Of a stretch of 64,000 nucleotides of DNA, positions 45,332 to 54,393 are shown one piece after another (position 1 is the first letter of the stretch; every line of letters starts with the position of its first letter). The stretch lies in IMG/VR virus record IMGVR_UViG_3300025534_000182, positions 1 through 64,000 of that record; one strand, written 5' to 3'. The stretch is from a virus. The notes beneath the pieces were generated by a model. That model made no database searches. It worked only from the letters and a program-made list of their open reading frames with translations, and was not told where the DNA came from. The translations under genes and the position numbers were made by a program.

Positions 45332-45731
45332 ATCTCCATGCGAATATTGAATATCTATCCATCGCAATGATCTCCTCAATATCTCCCATTTGAATAATAA
45401 ACTGTTCAATATCATTAAAATCGTATGGCCCCATATCTCCCCTCGTTTTACTTAATCTTTTTAGAACTGTTGGAAGATGTATTCCAAAACAACCTTCTCT
45501 TTGCGGATTTACTGTTAATTCTTCCGCTGCAATTGAAATACTAAGCATATTGTCTACAAATTCTTCCGCCATTTTTCTTTTAAAAGGACAATTTATTGGC
45601 ACATAAATATAATTTTTATCCCACGGTATTTTTCCTTTTCCAAACCAAATTATCATCCACATAGGACATAATTTATCATTGAAATAATCATAATATACAG
45701 ATATCTTTGCCACCCTAATCCACATCCACAA
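45330..45731 (-). CDS. hypothetical protein
   Basis: 133-aa ORF. Confidence 0.5.
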   Translation of the reverse strand: MWMWIRVAKISVYYDYFNDKLCPMWMIIWFGKGKIPWDKNYIYVPINCPFKRKMAEEFVDNMLSISIAAEELTVNPQREGCFGIHLPTVLKRLSKTRGDMGPYDFNDIEQFIIQMGDIEEIIAMDRYSIFAWR

Positions 45732-46461
45732 TGTAACTTTTTACTTGACCTTGAATCATAACATCATTTAAGGATAAAATCCTTGGTTCAACTTTAGGGT
45801 TGGACGCTTGCAGTATCACATTGTTCCCTTCGTAGTAAATTCTTTTAAGCGTTGCTTCTTCTCCGTCAATTAATACCACTCCTATTTTTCCATTCTCTAC
45901 ATAATTTTGACGACGAATAAGCACTTTGCATCCATCTGTTATACCATCTCCGATCATACTGTCTCCTTTGACTATTAAATAAAAATATTCACCATCTGAA
46001 ACTAATTTTTTTGAAACAACCTCATATCCTATAATATTCTGTTCGGCTATCAAATCATATCCAGCCTTGATTGTTCCATAAATTGGTATCTCAACAATAT
46101 TAGAATCATAAATATTAATAATGTCTTGTTGAAGCGAATTGTTTTTAACTTGTGATTTTCTATATGCTTCCATAATTTTTGATATAACAGAATCACTTTT
46201 CTTTTTTATTTGTTCTATTTTATGCGTCAAGTCATCTTCATTTAAGTATCCTGCTCTTCGTAACAATTCTTCATACGTGATGTATTTAAAACATTTTGAC
46301 AATTGCTCTAATATTTCAGGACTGGTTCTTGTAGTTCCAGATTCAAGTCTACTAATTGTCGCATGGTTAACTCCTGACTTCTCAGCTAGTTCACGTTGCG
46401 AATTATATCCTTCTCTTTTTCTTATTTCTGCGAAGAATTCACCAAACTCCTTTAAATCCAT
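45715..46461 (-). CDS. CI/LexA-like repressor (N-terminal XRE HTH plus C-terminal S24 peptidase)
   Basis: QRELAEKSGVNHATISRLESG HTH. C-terminal GDSMIGDGITDGCKVLIRRQ...K S24 Ser/Lys dyad. The start was set at MDLKEF. Confidence 0.7.
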   Translation of the reverse strand: MDLKEFGEFFAEIRKREGYNSQRELAEKSGVNHATISRLESGTTRTSPEILEQLSKCFKYITYEELLRRAGYLNEDDLTHKIEQIKKKSDSVISKIMEAYRKSQVKNNSLQQDIINIYDSNIVEIPIYGTIKAGYDLIAEQNIIGYEVVSKKLVSDGEYFYLIVKGDSMIGDGITDGCKVLIRRQNYVENGKIGVVLIDGEEATLKRIYYEGNNVILQASNPKVEPRILSLNDVMIQGQVKSYIVDVD

Positions 46462-46493
46462 ATTAATCACCCAAGATATAATGATATCATGTA

Positions 46494-46531
46494 TGTTGCT
46501 TACATGCAACATTATAAAAAAGTGTTGCAAC
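46494..46531. promoter_or_regulatory. operator palindromes TGTTGC-N6-GCAACA (46494-46511) and GTTGCAAC (46524-46531) in the divergent promoter region
   Basis: Overlap candidate -35 hexamers TTGCAT-17-TATCAT (repressor) and TTGCAA-17-TACTAT (plus-strand gene). Confidence 0.5.
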
Positions 46532-46592
46532 TTACGAACGTATGTGCTACTATAAAACTACCAAGGGTTTAGAAACGAGAGGAGAATCGGCA

Positions 46593-46865
46593 ATGGAAGT
46601 TAAAGTATTTATCTGCATTGTTAATAGTAGCAAAAACAGTAACATTTGTGAATGGCTGTTAACTATCAATGAAAAATATGCCAACCAGATAGATCGGAAT
46701 TATAGTTTAGCAACCATTGATGATTTGCATGATTGGGTTGCAGCCACAGGTGAAGTGTTTAGTGGTATCTTAACAATTAAAGAAGGTCGTTGCGAATGGA
46801 CTGAAACCGAATACATAAATCATCTTGGTGATATAGATATTAAGTGTGGTTATGAATTGTTATAG
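46593..46865 (+). CDS. hypothetical protein (divergent early gene)
   Basis: AGAGGAGAA SD before the ATG at 46593. Confidence 0.45.
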   Translation: MEVKVFICIVNSSKNSNICEWLLTINEKYANQIDRNYSLATIDDLHDWVAATGEVFSGILTIKEGRCEWTETEYINHLGDIDIKCGYELL

Positions 46866-46895
46866 CCTATCCGAATAGGATAGGCTATATTATTA
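46863..46895 (+). terminator. hairpin tagcctatcc-gaat-aggataggcta followed by a U-rich tract
   Basis: Perfect 10-bp stem at the end of the plus-strand gene. Confidence 0.5.
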
Positions 46896-47125
46896 ATAAA
46901 ATGCGGATTTCATCACCTCATATACTTAATTTCATTTCCAATCAATATTAGAAAAATAGCTGTTATTGTAATTGGAAACCATATATTTGTATTTAATTCA
47001 CCTGAAACATATCCAAACCATATGATAACAATAGTATAGACTAGAGCAATGGTTGGAAATATTTTGTTTAATATTTCGTATATTTTAAAAACCTCCCCTG
47101 ACAGTTAAATACGAATTTTATTGTA

Positions 47126-47440
47126 TTATAGAATCGCCTTATCATATTTAGTTAAAATATCATAAATTTTCTTTCTGTCATATTCATCAATCATACTTAA
47201 ATCAACCTTCAACGTAATATTAGATTTTTGAATTACATCAAAAAGGGTATCTCTTTGTGATTGATTTAAAAGATATATATTTGATATTTTTTCAAACCAA
47301 TCTTTTGGTATATTTCTCTTGCCCCTTTCAACTGCCGAAAGATAGGATGGAGTAACACCTAATTTATCCGCCATATCCTTCAGTAACTCACCTTTATCAA
47401 TTCTTAACTTCCTACAAAACTTTCCGAATGGTGTTAACAT
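47126..47440 (-). CDS. XRE-family HTH transcriptional regulator
   Basis: GKFCRKLRIDKGELLKDMADKLGVTPSYLSAVERGKR. Confidence 0.6.
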   Translation of the reverse strand: MLTPFGKFCRKLRIDKGELLKDMADKLGVTPSYLSAVERGKRNIPKDWFEKISNIYLLNQSQRDTLFDVIQKSNITLKVDLSMIDEYDRKKIYDILTKYDKAIL

Positions 47441-47483
47441 TCCTTCACTTCCCATGAAACACAAATTTTATTTACCATCACAT

Positions 47484-47714
47484 TTAATCATCTGATTCTT
47501 TCTTACTGTCTTCTTTATTTAATAATTCAACACACAAATTTATACATTCATCACAAATATACACCCCATTACCAGCGACAAGTTTTGAGACAGAACTTTG
47601 AGACTTCCCGCAGAATGAACAAGATACTTCCTTTATGGTAATTGGGAACTTAATTAACTCATCGTATTTTTTAGCTTTCTCAAAGATAGAATATAGAGTT
47701 TTTTCATCTAACAT
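47484..47714 (-). CDS. standalone ClpX-type N-terminal zinc-binding (ZB) domain protein
   Basis: [34 protein letters not shown] parallels the ClpX N-domain C4 motif. The start was set at MLDEK, which has an AGGAGGAAAG SD. Confidence 0.5.
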   Translation of the reverse strand: MLDEKTLYSIFEKAKKYDELIKFPITIKEVSCSFCGKSQSSVSKLVAGNGVYICDECINLCVELLNKEDSKKESDD

Positions 47715-47751
47715 AAATACTTTCCTCCTATAAAATACCGATTTCCTTGGA

Positions 47752-48045
47752 TCAATTTTTATCATGTAATTTCTCGACATAGCTGTTATAGACTGAATCT
47801 AAATGTTGCATTACTATTTGATATTGCTGTAATGACATCCACTTCATCAAGGCATCTTTAGCCAACTGTACGTAAAGCCAGTTATAAAGGTTTTCTTTTT
47901 CAAACGGTGAAAAACTTTTATCCGACTTCTCCACATTATCAAACATCAAACTAAACCGATCTGTTATTGTCTTGATCATTCGCTCCATGTTTTTATACTT
48001 TATATCTTTTGCTGTGTGCATGTTATGCCGCCCCTTCTTCTTCAA
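47752..48045 (-). CDS. hypothetical protein
   Basis: 97-aa ORF. Confidence 0.45.
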   Translation of the reverse strand: MKKKGRHNMHTAKDIKYKNMERMIKTITDRFSLMFDNVEKSDKSFSPFEKENLYNWLYVQLAKDALMKWMSLQQYQIVMQHLDSVYNSYVEKLHDKN

Positions 48046-48198
48046 TCTTGGTCATAGTTTATCACTTCCGTTATATTTTATGAAATTTACAATAATTTAT
48101 TTTTAATATGTTCAATCTGATTTATTTTTAGCACACCTCATCCAATTCGTTATAGCGTTTAAATTCCCATCCTATTTTTATGTCTTCATTAACATATG

Positions 48199-48250
48199 TA
48201 TTCGCCTTACTCATGACTAAATTCACGAGTGTGCGGCGAATGCTTTATCA
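48199..48250 (-). ncRNA. two-stem structured element, copy 2 (outer stem attcgcc/ggcgaat)
   Basis: See 39985..40030. Confidence 0.4.
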
Positions 48251-48477
48251 ATATAATTTCGATATTCCATACCCTTCAAATATGCGCCGGTCTGTTCTCC
48301 GATTGGTTCATGCTTAAATCCATTAATGTAGTCCTTTGCATCCTGTTCGAAGAAAAACGATTCTAACGGCAACACACACCATTCAGAAAAGATAAAATAT
48401 TGTTTATCAATTTTTTTATGTAAGTTTTGTATTATTCATTTTTTAATTTACTCCTTTATGATGATGAAATTCACTTT

Positions 48478-48708
48478 TTATCGTATTTCTAATATTTCAC
48501 ACTTAACTGTTTTTTCAAGATAAGTATAAACATCATCTAAACTATCTGTTTGAAAATTTCCCATAATGTTACCGCTGCCAGTGTTAACAAGTCTGTATTT
48601 ATGGGTATCTTGATCTTCCACTATCAAATAATTTAATATTAATCCAGACTTATTGTGTATTGCTGTTATCCGATTTCCCTTTTTCAAGTTTGCAATACTC
48701 ATAATCAA
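48478..48708 (-). CDS. hypothetical protein (TTG/ATG start unclear)
   Basis: 76-aa ORF with no clear SD. Confidence 0.3.
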   Translation of the reverse strand: MIMSIANLKKGNRITAIHNKSGLILNYLIVEDQDTHKYRLVNTGSGNIMGNFQTDSLDDVYTYLEKTVKCEILEIR

Positions 48709-48901
48709 AAATTGTATTTATTATCATTTCTTTTGAGTCATTCACCAAACCCCTTAAGAAAAATTTTTTATTTACATTCTTCACATATTGATATTCTCCA
48801 AAATTTGTCTTCATCTTTGGGGAAAATTTCCTTTTCCATCCATTTCCCACAAATACCGCACCAACCACCAGTATCAAGATCACTAATCTTATAATATCCA
48901 A
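48650..48901 (-). CDS. hypothetical membrane-anchored protein
   Basis: N-terminal TM helix IIRLVILILVVGAVFV. Confidence 0.4.
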   Translation of the reverse strand: MDIIRLVILILVVGAVFVGNGWKRKFSPKMKTNFGEYQYVKNVNKKFFLRGLVNDSKEMIINTIFDYEYCKLEKGKSDNSNTQ

Positions 48902-48950
48902 AGTATCGTAAAATTTTTTTAATCAAACTCATTCACATCCTCAAAAAGAC

Positions 48951-49130
48951 TTATTTTATAGCCAATTCAAAATTCTTAATTAATACTTGTGTTCCATGTG
49001 ATTCAAGATTTCCTTTATTAAATTTTTTTGTTTTAAAACGTACTGTCATTAATTCCTCATCATTTATGTAACTGACAATTGCTCTTTCTCCTGTTATTTT
49101 ACTTATTACTTCATCATTCGGTTTGAACAT
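48951..49130 (-). CDS. small hypothetical protein (59 aa)
   Basis: GGAGATGATAATATAA-ATG. Below the cutoff. Confidence 0.4.
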   Translation of the reverse strand: MFKPNDEVISKITGERAIVSYINDEELMTVRFKTKKFNKGNLESHGTQVLIKNFELAIK

Positions 49131-49380
49131 TTATATTATCATCTCCTATATTTTGAATTAACTCTTGATATGCACTAAAAACTATATCAACATCTTCAAG
49201 TGCATAATCACACCTACTCAAATCAGTTAAAGTCAATTCATATGCTTCATCAATATCTAATTTATAAACTAAACTACAATATTGTATATAACTTTTATAA
49301 TATTCTTTATCTCTTTTATGTTGATTTATAATTATCTTTAAATCATTTATTTTAATACTAATCACCCTCTTTACTATCAA
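49114..49380 (-). CDS. hypothetical protein
   Basis: 88-aa ORF. Confidence 0.5.
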   Translation of the reverse strand: MIVKRVISIKINDLKIIINQHKRDKEYYKSYIQYCSLVYKLDIDEAYELTLTDLSRCDYALEDVDIVFSAYQELIQNIGDDNINVQTE

Positions 49381-49389
49381 ATACTTCTC

Positions 49390-49566
49390 TTATTGTCTTT
49401 CCATGTCTTCCATTTTCATTAGCACTTGATCCATTCCTCTCGCTATTGCCGCAATATAATCGCTGTCAGATTTACACAGTCCTAACGACTGAGACTCTTC
49501 ATATTTTTTCGGAACTGCCCTGATTAACCATTGCTTTAATTCATCCCATGCTTTTTCCTTGTCCAT
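49390..49566 (-). CDS. small hypothetical protein (58 aa)
   Basis: GGGAGATG SD 8 nt before the ATG. Below the cutoff. Confidence 0.45.
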   Translation of the reverse strand: MDKEKAWDELKQWLIRAVPKKYEESQSLGLCKSDSDYIAAIARGMDQVLMKMEDMERQ

Positions 49567-49596
49567 GTTTAATCATCTCCCATTAAAAGAATCCTT

Positions 49597-49836
49597 TTAT
49601 CGGCTATAACCACTTACTAAAGCTAAAATTTCACTGTGATACATTGGAGCAGTTCTATATACTTCTTTTAATGTATGGGCGTCTAAAATTCTGTCTCTGT
49701 TTCCCATGATTTCTTTTAAACTCTCTAATGTTTCAGAAATCGCAATTTGTTTCCATCTCCAAGTAACTACATCTGTTATAAATTCATTAATTACTGCTCT
49801 TTCAAGGATATAATTAACTTTCATTTTTAATTTCAA
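49597..49836 (-). CDS. hypothetical protein
   Basis: 79-aa ORF. Confidence 0.5.
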   Translation of the reverse strand: MKLKMKVNYILERAVINEFITDVVTWRWKQIAISETLESLKEIMGNRDRILDAHTLKEVYRTAPMYHSEILALVSGYSR

Positions 49837-49862
49837 CCTCCATTAAAATATTCATTTTATCA

Positions 49863-50072
49863 TCAATCATTTCCGTACATACCAATCATTTCATAACCGT
49901 TATATCTTCCCAATCCATCACCCTTTTCTATTAAATGCCACCCAACATATGTTATAACACAATCTTCTGTTCCTTCAACGTAGCAAACAATATCCTTACC
50001 AAATTTATAGTGTGACTGTTTTTGTGTATTGATTTCTCGATTACATACCTTGCAAACTGCTTTTCTCGCCAT
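49863..50072 (-). CDS. small Cys-rich protein
   Basis: CKVC...C...C. Confidence 0.45.
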   Translation of the reverse strand: MARKAVCKVCNREINTQKQSHYKFGKDIVCYVEGTEDCVITYVGWHLIEKGDGLGRYNGYEMIGMYGND

Positions 50073-50102
50073 CTTTTATCCCTCCCTCATAAAAGGATCA
50101 AT

Positions 50103-50369
50103 TTATTTAAATCTCTTATCAAGTCTTTTCTTTGTTGCTCTAAGTTTTGTTTCAAACTTTACAAGATCAGTCATTGATAATTTATATCTTGCATCTTCAT
50201 AAAGTCCTTTTTCTAGCTTATGATAAGCTTTATAGAGAGAATCATATTCTTCATCTTTTACTCCTTCTTTCAAACAACTATTTATGTAACCGATCCCAGT
50301 AGTCAACCAATATTTTAATTCTTGTTTATCCATAAACTCATCTCCCAATAAAAATATTAGTTTTATCAT
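50103..50369 (-). CDS. hypothetical protein
   Basis: 88-aa ORF. Confidence 0.5.
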   Translation of the reverse strand: MIKLIFLLGDEFMDKQELKYWLTTGIGYINSCLKEGVKDEEYDSLYKAYHKLEKGLYEDARYKLSMTDLVKFETKLRATKKRLDKRFK

Positions 50370-50477
50370 ATAAGTTAAGATAATTTAATGCATATTTTGT
50401 TTATGCCCTATAAAAAATCATACTTTCTATCACAACTTAATATTTAATATTAAGGCGGGAATACGATCCCGCCCTTG

Positions 50478-51590
50478 TTATTTTTCTTTTACCGCTTGAA
50501 TCAGAAGTTGAATACGTTTTTTAACATTAGATTCTTTAGCGCTACCACTTGTCTTTGTATCCCTATAAGAACCAGTATTTTTCACAATCAATGAAGCGGT
50601 TCTTCCGCCAAATGTGTCTGCATCGATATCGTTCATCAATTCAGCAGCAGCACCAGCCAATCCAATAATGTCATTTTTCTTAAGTATTTTCTTTCTGTGT
50701 TTTTCTTCCAGATTTCTGAATGCGTTTGTTAAATAATCGAATACATCAGAAACCTTCTTCTTGTCATCATCCGACATCCCATTAATACGTAAATCGATTG
50801 AAAATTCTCTTACATGTTTGCTACTCATATCATTTAGTCTTCCAGTAACCAAACCAATTACCTGTAAAATTAATTCCTGATCAACAAATTTGTCACGCTG
50901 GTTATCAGTTAATGCCGCCATTTCAAAAAATGGTTTTTGCGCTATGCTGTCAATATATTCTAACCACTCAGAACCAAGAATAGAACGTGTTAGTTCTATT
51001 GCTGAAAGCGGTGTTCCGCTGTTAAGTCGCTTAAATAATTGATCTCTTTGATCTATGGTAAGTCGCTCAAACTGATAAAACGTTAATGTTAGTTCATCAA
51101 AAAACTCTTGAAATTCCTCAGGAAGTTCTGAGAATTTTTTTCCAGTAATATCAACACCAAAAGCGTTTGGTAATTCACTTAATTCCCATTCGTCTTTGCA
51201 AAAGCTAATAAGCGTAGTCAATCTTTGTTTTCCATCCAGCACCCATAAACTGTTATCTTCGCTTTTGATCGAATATATTGCTGGAATCGGATATCCCAAA
51301 ATAACAGATTCGATAAGAGAACTTTTCTGTTCGCGTGTCCAACGAAGATTACGCTGAATCACAAGATTGAAATTTAACTTTGAAGGATTTTTAACTAACG
51401 ACCGCAATCCAATTTGAATCGCTGGCTGTTTAGCGATTCTTTCTTTTTCAATCCGTTCTCTCAAAGACATATTTTCAACAGTTCCCACCTGAGTAACACT
51501 CCCTTCTTTTTCAAACATATTTTCGTCATAAGTAACCTGATTTCCTTCCTTTACGCTAACATTTTCTTCTAGCGTCAATACTTGTTCCAT
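50478..51590 (-). CDS. DUF262-type ParB-like nuclease/NTPase domain protein (GmrS-like N-domain) without a recognisable HNH partner domain
   Basis: ...LGYPIPAIYSIKSEDNSLWVLDGKQRLTTLISF matches the DUF262 (I/V)DGQQR block. Confidence 0.55.
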   Translation of the reverse strand: MEQVLTLEENVSVKEGNQVTYDENMFEKEGSVTQVGTVENMSLRERIEKERIAKQPAIQIGLRSLVKNPSKLNFNLVIQRNLRWTREQKSSLIESVILGYPIPAIYSIKSEDNSLWVLDGKQRLTTLISFCKDEWELSELPNAFGVDITGKKFSELPEEFQEFFDELTLTFYQFERLTIDQRDQLFKRLNSGTPLSAIELTRSILGSEWLEYIDSIAQKPFFEMAALTDNQRDKFVDQELILQVIGLVTGRLNDMSSKHVREFSIDLRINGMSDDDKKKVSDVFDYLTNAFRNLEEKHRKKILKKNDIIGLAGAAAELMNDIDADTFGGRTASLIVKNTGSYRDTKTSGSAKESNVKKRIQLLIQAVKEK

Positions 51591-51677
51591 GGCACTTTCT
51601 TCCTTTCATAATTTTAATTTTATTATATATAATTTGCTTTTTAAAATCAACCAAAACTTATTTATATTTCTTCGTAT

Positions 51678-51884
51678 TTAATATTGCCTTCCATTAAGCA
51701 TTCTTATATCATCATTTAATCGTGTATAGTCAAAGCCGCAACTAGGACATAGACCATAATTATATTCTGGCGTACAAAATTCTTCATCAGGCAAATATCC
51801 TTCGCCATGACAAACAATACAATTTTTTCTGCTCATTGGATGGCGCTTCATTTTAATTACCTCCGCTATTTTATTGATCTCCAT
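51678..51884 (-). CDS. zinc-finger protein
   Basis: CIVCHG...CPSCG. Confidence 0.45.
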   Translation of the reverse strand: MEINKIAEVIKMKRHPMSRKNCIVCHGEGYLPDEEFCTPEYNYGLCPSCGFDYTRLNDDIRMLNGRQY

Positions 51885-52060
51885 AAATTAATTAGCGTGT
51901 CATGTCCATATATTTTATCTCCATCAATAATTTTTATCGGTTGCCCTGTTACTGTTGTATGAATGAAATGTGCTTCATACAATGCCTTTTCTAAAGTAGG
52001 ATACTCAACTTCAGTTATAGCGTCAGTTCCATCAAATTTTTGGTAAATCAATTTTGCCAT
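51866..52060 (-). CDS. hypothetical protein
   Basis: 64-aa ORF. Confidence 0.45.
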   Translation of the reverse strand: MAKLIYQKFDGTDAITEVEYPTLEKALYEAHFIHTTVTGQPIKIIDGDKIYGHDTLINLWRSIK

Positions 52061-52090
52061 TATTTCATTACCTCGCTGTTAAAATTGTAG

Positions 52091-52375
52091 TTACTCTAAC
52101 GAATCCAAAAATATTTGGACTTCTTTTGGTATATCAGCATGATCTAAATCAATGCGTTCCTCTAGATGATAAACCTTGACTTTCCCATCGATAATTTTAG
52201 CATAATATGAAAAAAGTTCATCATCTGGTATTCTTCCTTGTGCTTTTTTTGTCAATATTTCTTTACGATCAATAAGTTTCATGTGTTCATCATAAACAGA
52301 CATAGTACACATGTAATTGTTTTCATCGTCAATTACTTCTGAGTTACATACACCAAAATATCTAAAGTAAATTCC
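52091..52375 (-). pseudogene. 3' portion of a host ORF separated from its 5' part (54084..54263) by the IS605 insertion
   Basis: The open frame continues from the IS right end with no native start or SD. Joining the two flanks at the predicted IS ends would keep the frame. Confidence 0.35.
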
Positions 52376-52475
52376 TTGACACTCCCCATGCCTAAAGGCA
52401 GGGGATTCTTGGGTAGTCACTTTTACCGAAGTGAAATTGACCAAGCTATCCCCGTGCGTCCCACGGTTCATTTTT
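52376..52475 (-). ncRNA. candidate TnpB omega-RNA scaffold (RE-derived)
   Basis: Structured GC-richer segment between the tnpB stop and the RE end. Confidence 0.4.
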
Positions 52476-53558
52476 TTAAACGGCATATTTCAAAATATTC
52501 TTCGCTGCATTTACATCACGGTCATGGATAATACTACATTTAGTACAAACCCATTCTCTAATACTCAAATCCTTCACTTCTTCATTTTTATATCCACATT
52601 CGCTACATATTTGACTTGAAGCAAAAAAACGATCTATTTTCCTTACTTCTCTTCCATACCATTGTGCCTTATATTCCAATTGTCTTACAAATTCACCCCA
52701 TGACACATCGGCAATATTCCTTGCCAACTTGTCATTCTGCAACATACCTTTTACATTCAAATCTTCAATGGCGATTACTTGGTTTTCGTTAATCAGCCTT
52801 GAAGATAGTTTATGCAAAAAGTCTGTGCGACAATTAGCGATTTTTTCATGAATGCGAGCAACTTTTAATCTTGTCTTTTCTCTGTTCCTACCACCTTTTT
52901 TACGACGATATAATTTTCGTTGCCAATATTTAAGTTTATTGAGATACTTATCTAGATACTTTTGATTTTCAACAATTTCACCATTAGACAAAGTTGCAAA
53001 AGATTTAATACCCAAATCAATGCCAATGGAGTTATTAATTTTAGGTAATGGTTGAATATCAATTTCGCATGTTATAGATATAAAGTATTTTCCTGTTGGA
53101 TTACGTCTAATAGTGGCCTTAATAATTCTACCTTCGACATCTCTTGATTTTGCAAATTTAACTAATCCTAGTTTGGGTAACTGAATTTTATTGCTTTCAA
53201 CTCTAATATTCATTTTAGATGTATAAGATTGTACTGGATTTTTCTTCGATTTATATTTTGGGTATCCAGCGTTTTCTTTTAAAAATTTTTGAAACGCTGA
53301 ATCCAAATTCTTCAATGATGTTTGTAATGCTGTCGAATCAACTTCTTTGAGCCAAGTTAATTCCTTTTTTAGTTTAGTTAATTCACCAGAACAAGAATTA
53401 TAATTCAATGTTTTATTTTCGTTCTCGTATACTTCTTTACGCCTAGAAAGAAAGTGATTATAAACAAATCGGCAACATCCAAATGTTTTGTTAATTAAAA
53501 TTTCTTGCTGTTTATTTGGATAAATACGAAATTTATACGCTTTATGGAATGTTGCCAT
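52476..53558 (-). CDS. tnpB: TnpB (IS605 OrfB)
   Basis: [10 protein letters not shown] (RuvC-I), [12 protein letters not shown] (RuvC-II), CSECG...CTKCS zinc finger, [11 protein letters not shown] (RuvC-III). Confidence 0.85.
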   Translation of the reverse strand: MATFHKAYKFRIYPNKQQEILINKTFGCCRFVYNHFLSRRKEVYENENKTLNYNSCSGELTKLKKELTWLKEVDSTALQTSLKNLDSAFQKFLKENAGYPKYKSKKNPVQSYTSKMNIRVESNKIQLPKLGLVKFAKSRDVEGRIIKATIRRNPTGKYFISITCEIDIQPLPKINNSIGIDLGIKSFATLSNGEIVENQKYLDKYLNKLKYWQRKLYRRKKGGRNREKTRLKVARIHEKIANCRTDFLHKLSSRLINENQVIAIEDLNVKGMLQNDKLARNIADVSWGEFVRQLEYKAQWYGREVRKIDRFFASSQICSECGYKNEEVKDLSIREWVCTKCSIIHDRDVNAAKNILKYAV

Positions 53559-53563
53559 TTTGT

Positions 53564-53968
53564 TTAATCACTCCTTTCTTTTTGGTTTTCAATATATTGT
53601 TTTACTACTTCTAACGAAATTGAACCAACTGTTGCAACAAAATATGAATTAGTCCACATTGACGGCAAACGACTTTTAAGATGTTTAAATTCTTGTCTCA
53701 AAATCCTTGATGAATATCCTTTTAAATGTTTTACTACCCGATGTATTCCAAATTGCGGATCACATTTAATCAACAAATGAACATGATCAGGCATTATTTC
53801 CATTTCAACAATTTCTGCATTTAATTCTTTTATTTTATTATTAAAAAGCTCTTTAAGTCTTTTATCAACAGGATCTATTAATACATTTTTTCTGTATTTT
53901 GGACAAAAAACAACATGGTACTTGCAATCATATACAATATTATTATTTGAATTTATATCTCTTGACAT
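53564..53968 (-). CDS. tnpA: IS200-type HUH Y1 transposase TnpA
   Basis: [12 protein letters not shown] ... MPDHVHLLI (HuH) ... catalytic Tyr region YSSRIL. The ATG start has a GGGTGA SD. Confidence 0.85.
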   Translation of the reverse strand: MSRDINSNNNIVYDCKYHVVFCPKYRKNVLIDPVDKRLKELFNNKIKELNAEIVEMEIMPDHVHLLIKCDPQFGIHRVVKHLKGYSSRILRQEFKHLKSRLPSMWTNSYFVATVGSISLEVVKQYIENQKERSD

Positions 53969-53986
53969 TTCTTTCACCCAATTATT

Positions 53987-54015
53987 AGTATATACAAAAA
54001 TGTTAGATATGTCAA
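53987..54015 (-). promoter_or_regulatory. tnpA promoter TTGACA-17-TATACT inside the IS left end
   Basis: Read on the minus strand: cttgacatatctaacatttttgtatatact. Confidence 0.5.
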
Positions 54016-54083
54016 GTCTATCTAACGCTATATCGCCTTATATCCCCATGAGTAAACGCAGGGGTTTTACGCGACATCATATA

Positions 54084-54263
54084 ATTAAATGTTCTAATCA
54101 AACATACATCTTGTGTTAGTTGTTCAATAAGCAAATAGCGCCTATAATCTTTAATTTTTTCTGACGGTTCAATCTCATTATTCGTTTCAATTGAAAAATA
54201 AACCAAATTCAATTTCCGGCTTTCCTGAAAAAATGCTAAACGATTTAAAATCAATACTTCCAT
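54084..54263 (-). pseudogene. 5' portion of the host ORF disrupted by IS605 (its ORF continues 22 codons into the IS left end)
   Basis: MEVLILNRLAFFQE...LIRTFN then the IS-encoded YMMSRKTPAFTHGDIRRYSVR*. Confidence 0.35.
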
Positions 54264-54393
54264 CTAAACCATCAATGCCATCCTTGGGATAAACTAACAC
54301 ATACTTCCCAAACCCTTCATTTGTTCTTTTAAAAATAACATCATTCATAATTAAAACTTCCATTTATTAAATTAAAACATTTTAAACGAAAAA

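Larger units (their letters stand above)
52376..54083 (-). mobile_element. IS200/IS605-family element (tnpA plus tnpB), about 1.7 kb
   Basis: RE hairpin 52387-52407 with the terminus ...GAGTGTCAA at 52376-52384, and LE hairpin 54042-54062. Internal TTGACA-17-TATACT promoter for tnpA. The LE boundary was placed by the 19-nt rule and is approximate. Confidence 0.7.

Noticed and set aside
52376-52486. First 37 codons of ORF 52091..52486 ([37 protein letters not shown])
   Set aside because: These are encoded by the IS605 right end (the hairpin encodes PAFRHG, just as the left-end hairpin encodes PAFTHG in 54018..54263). They are not a genuine N-terminus, so I treated the host part as a disrupted gene instead.
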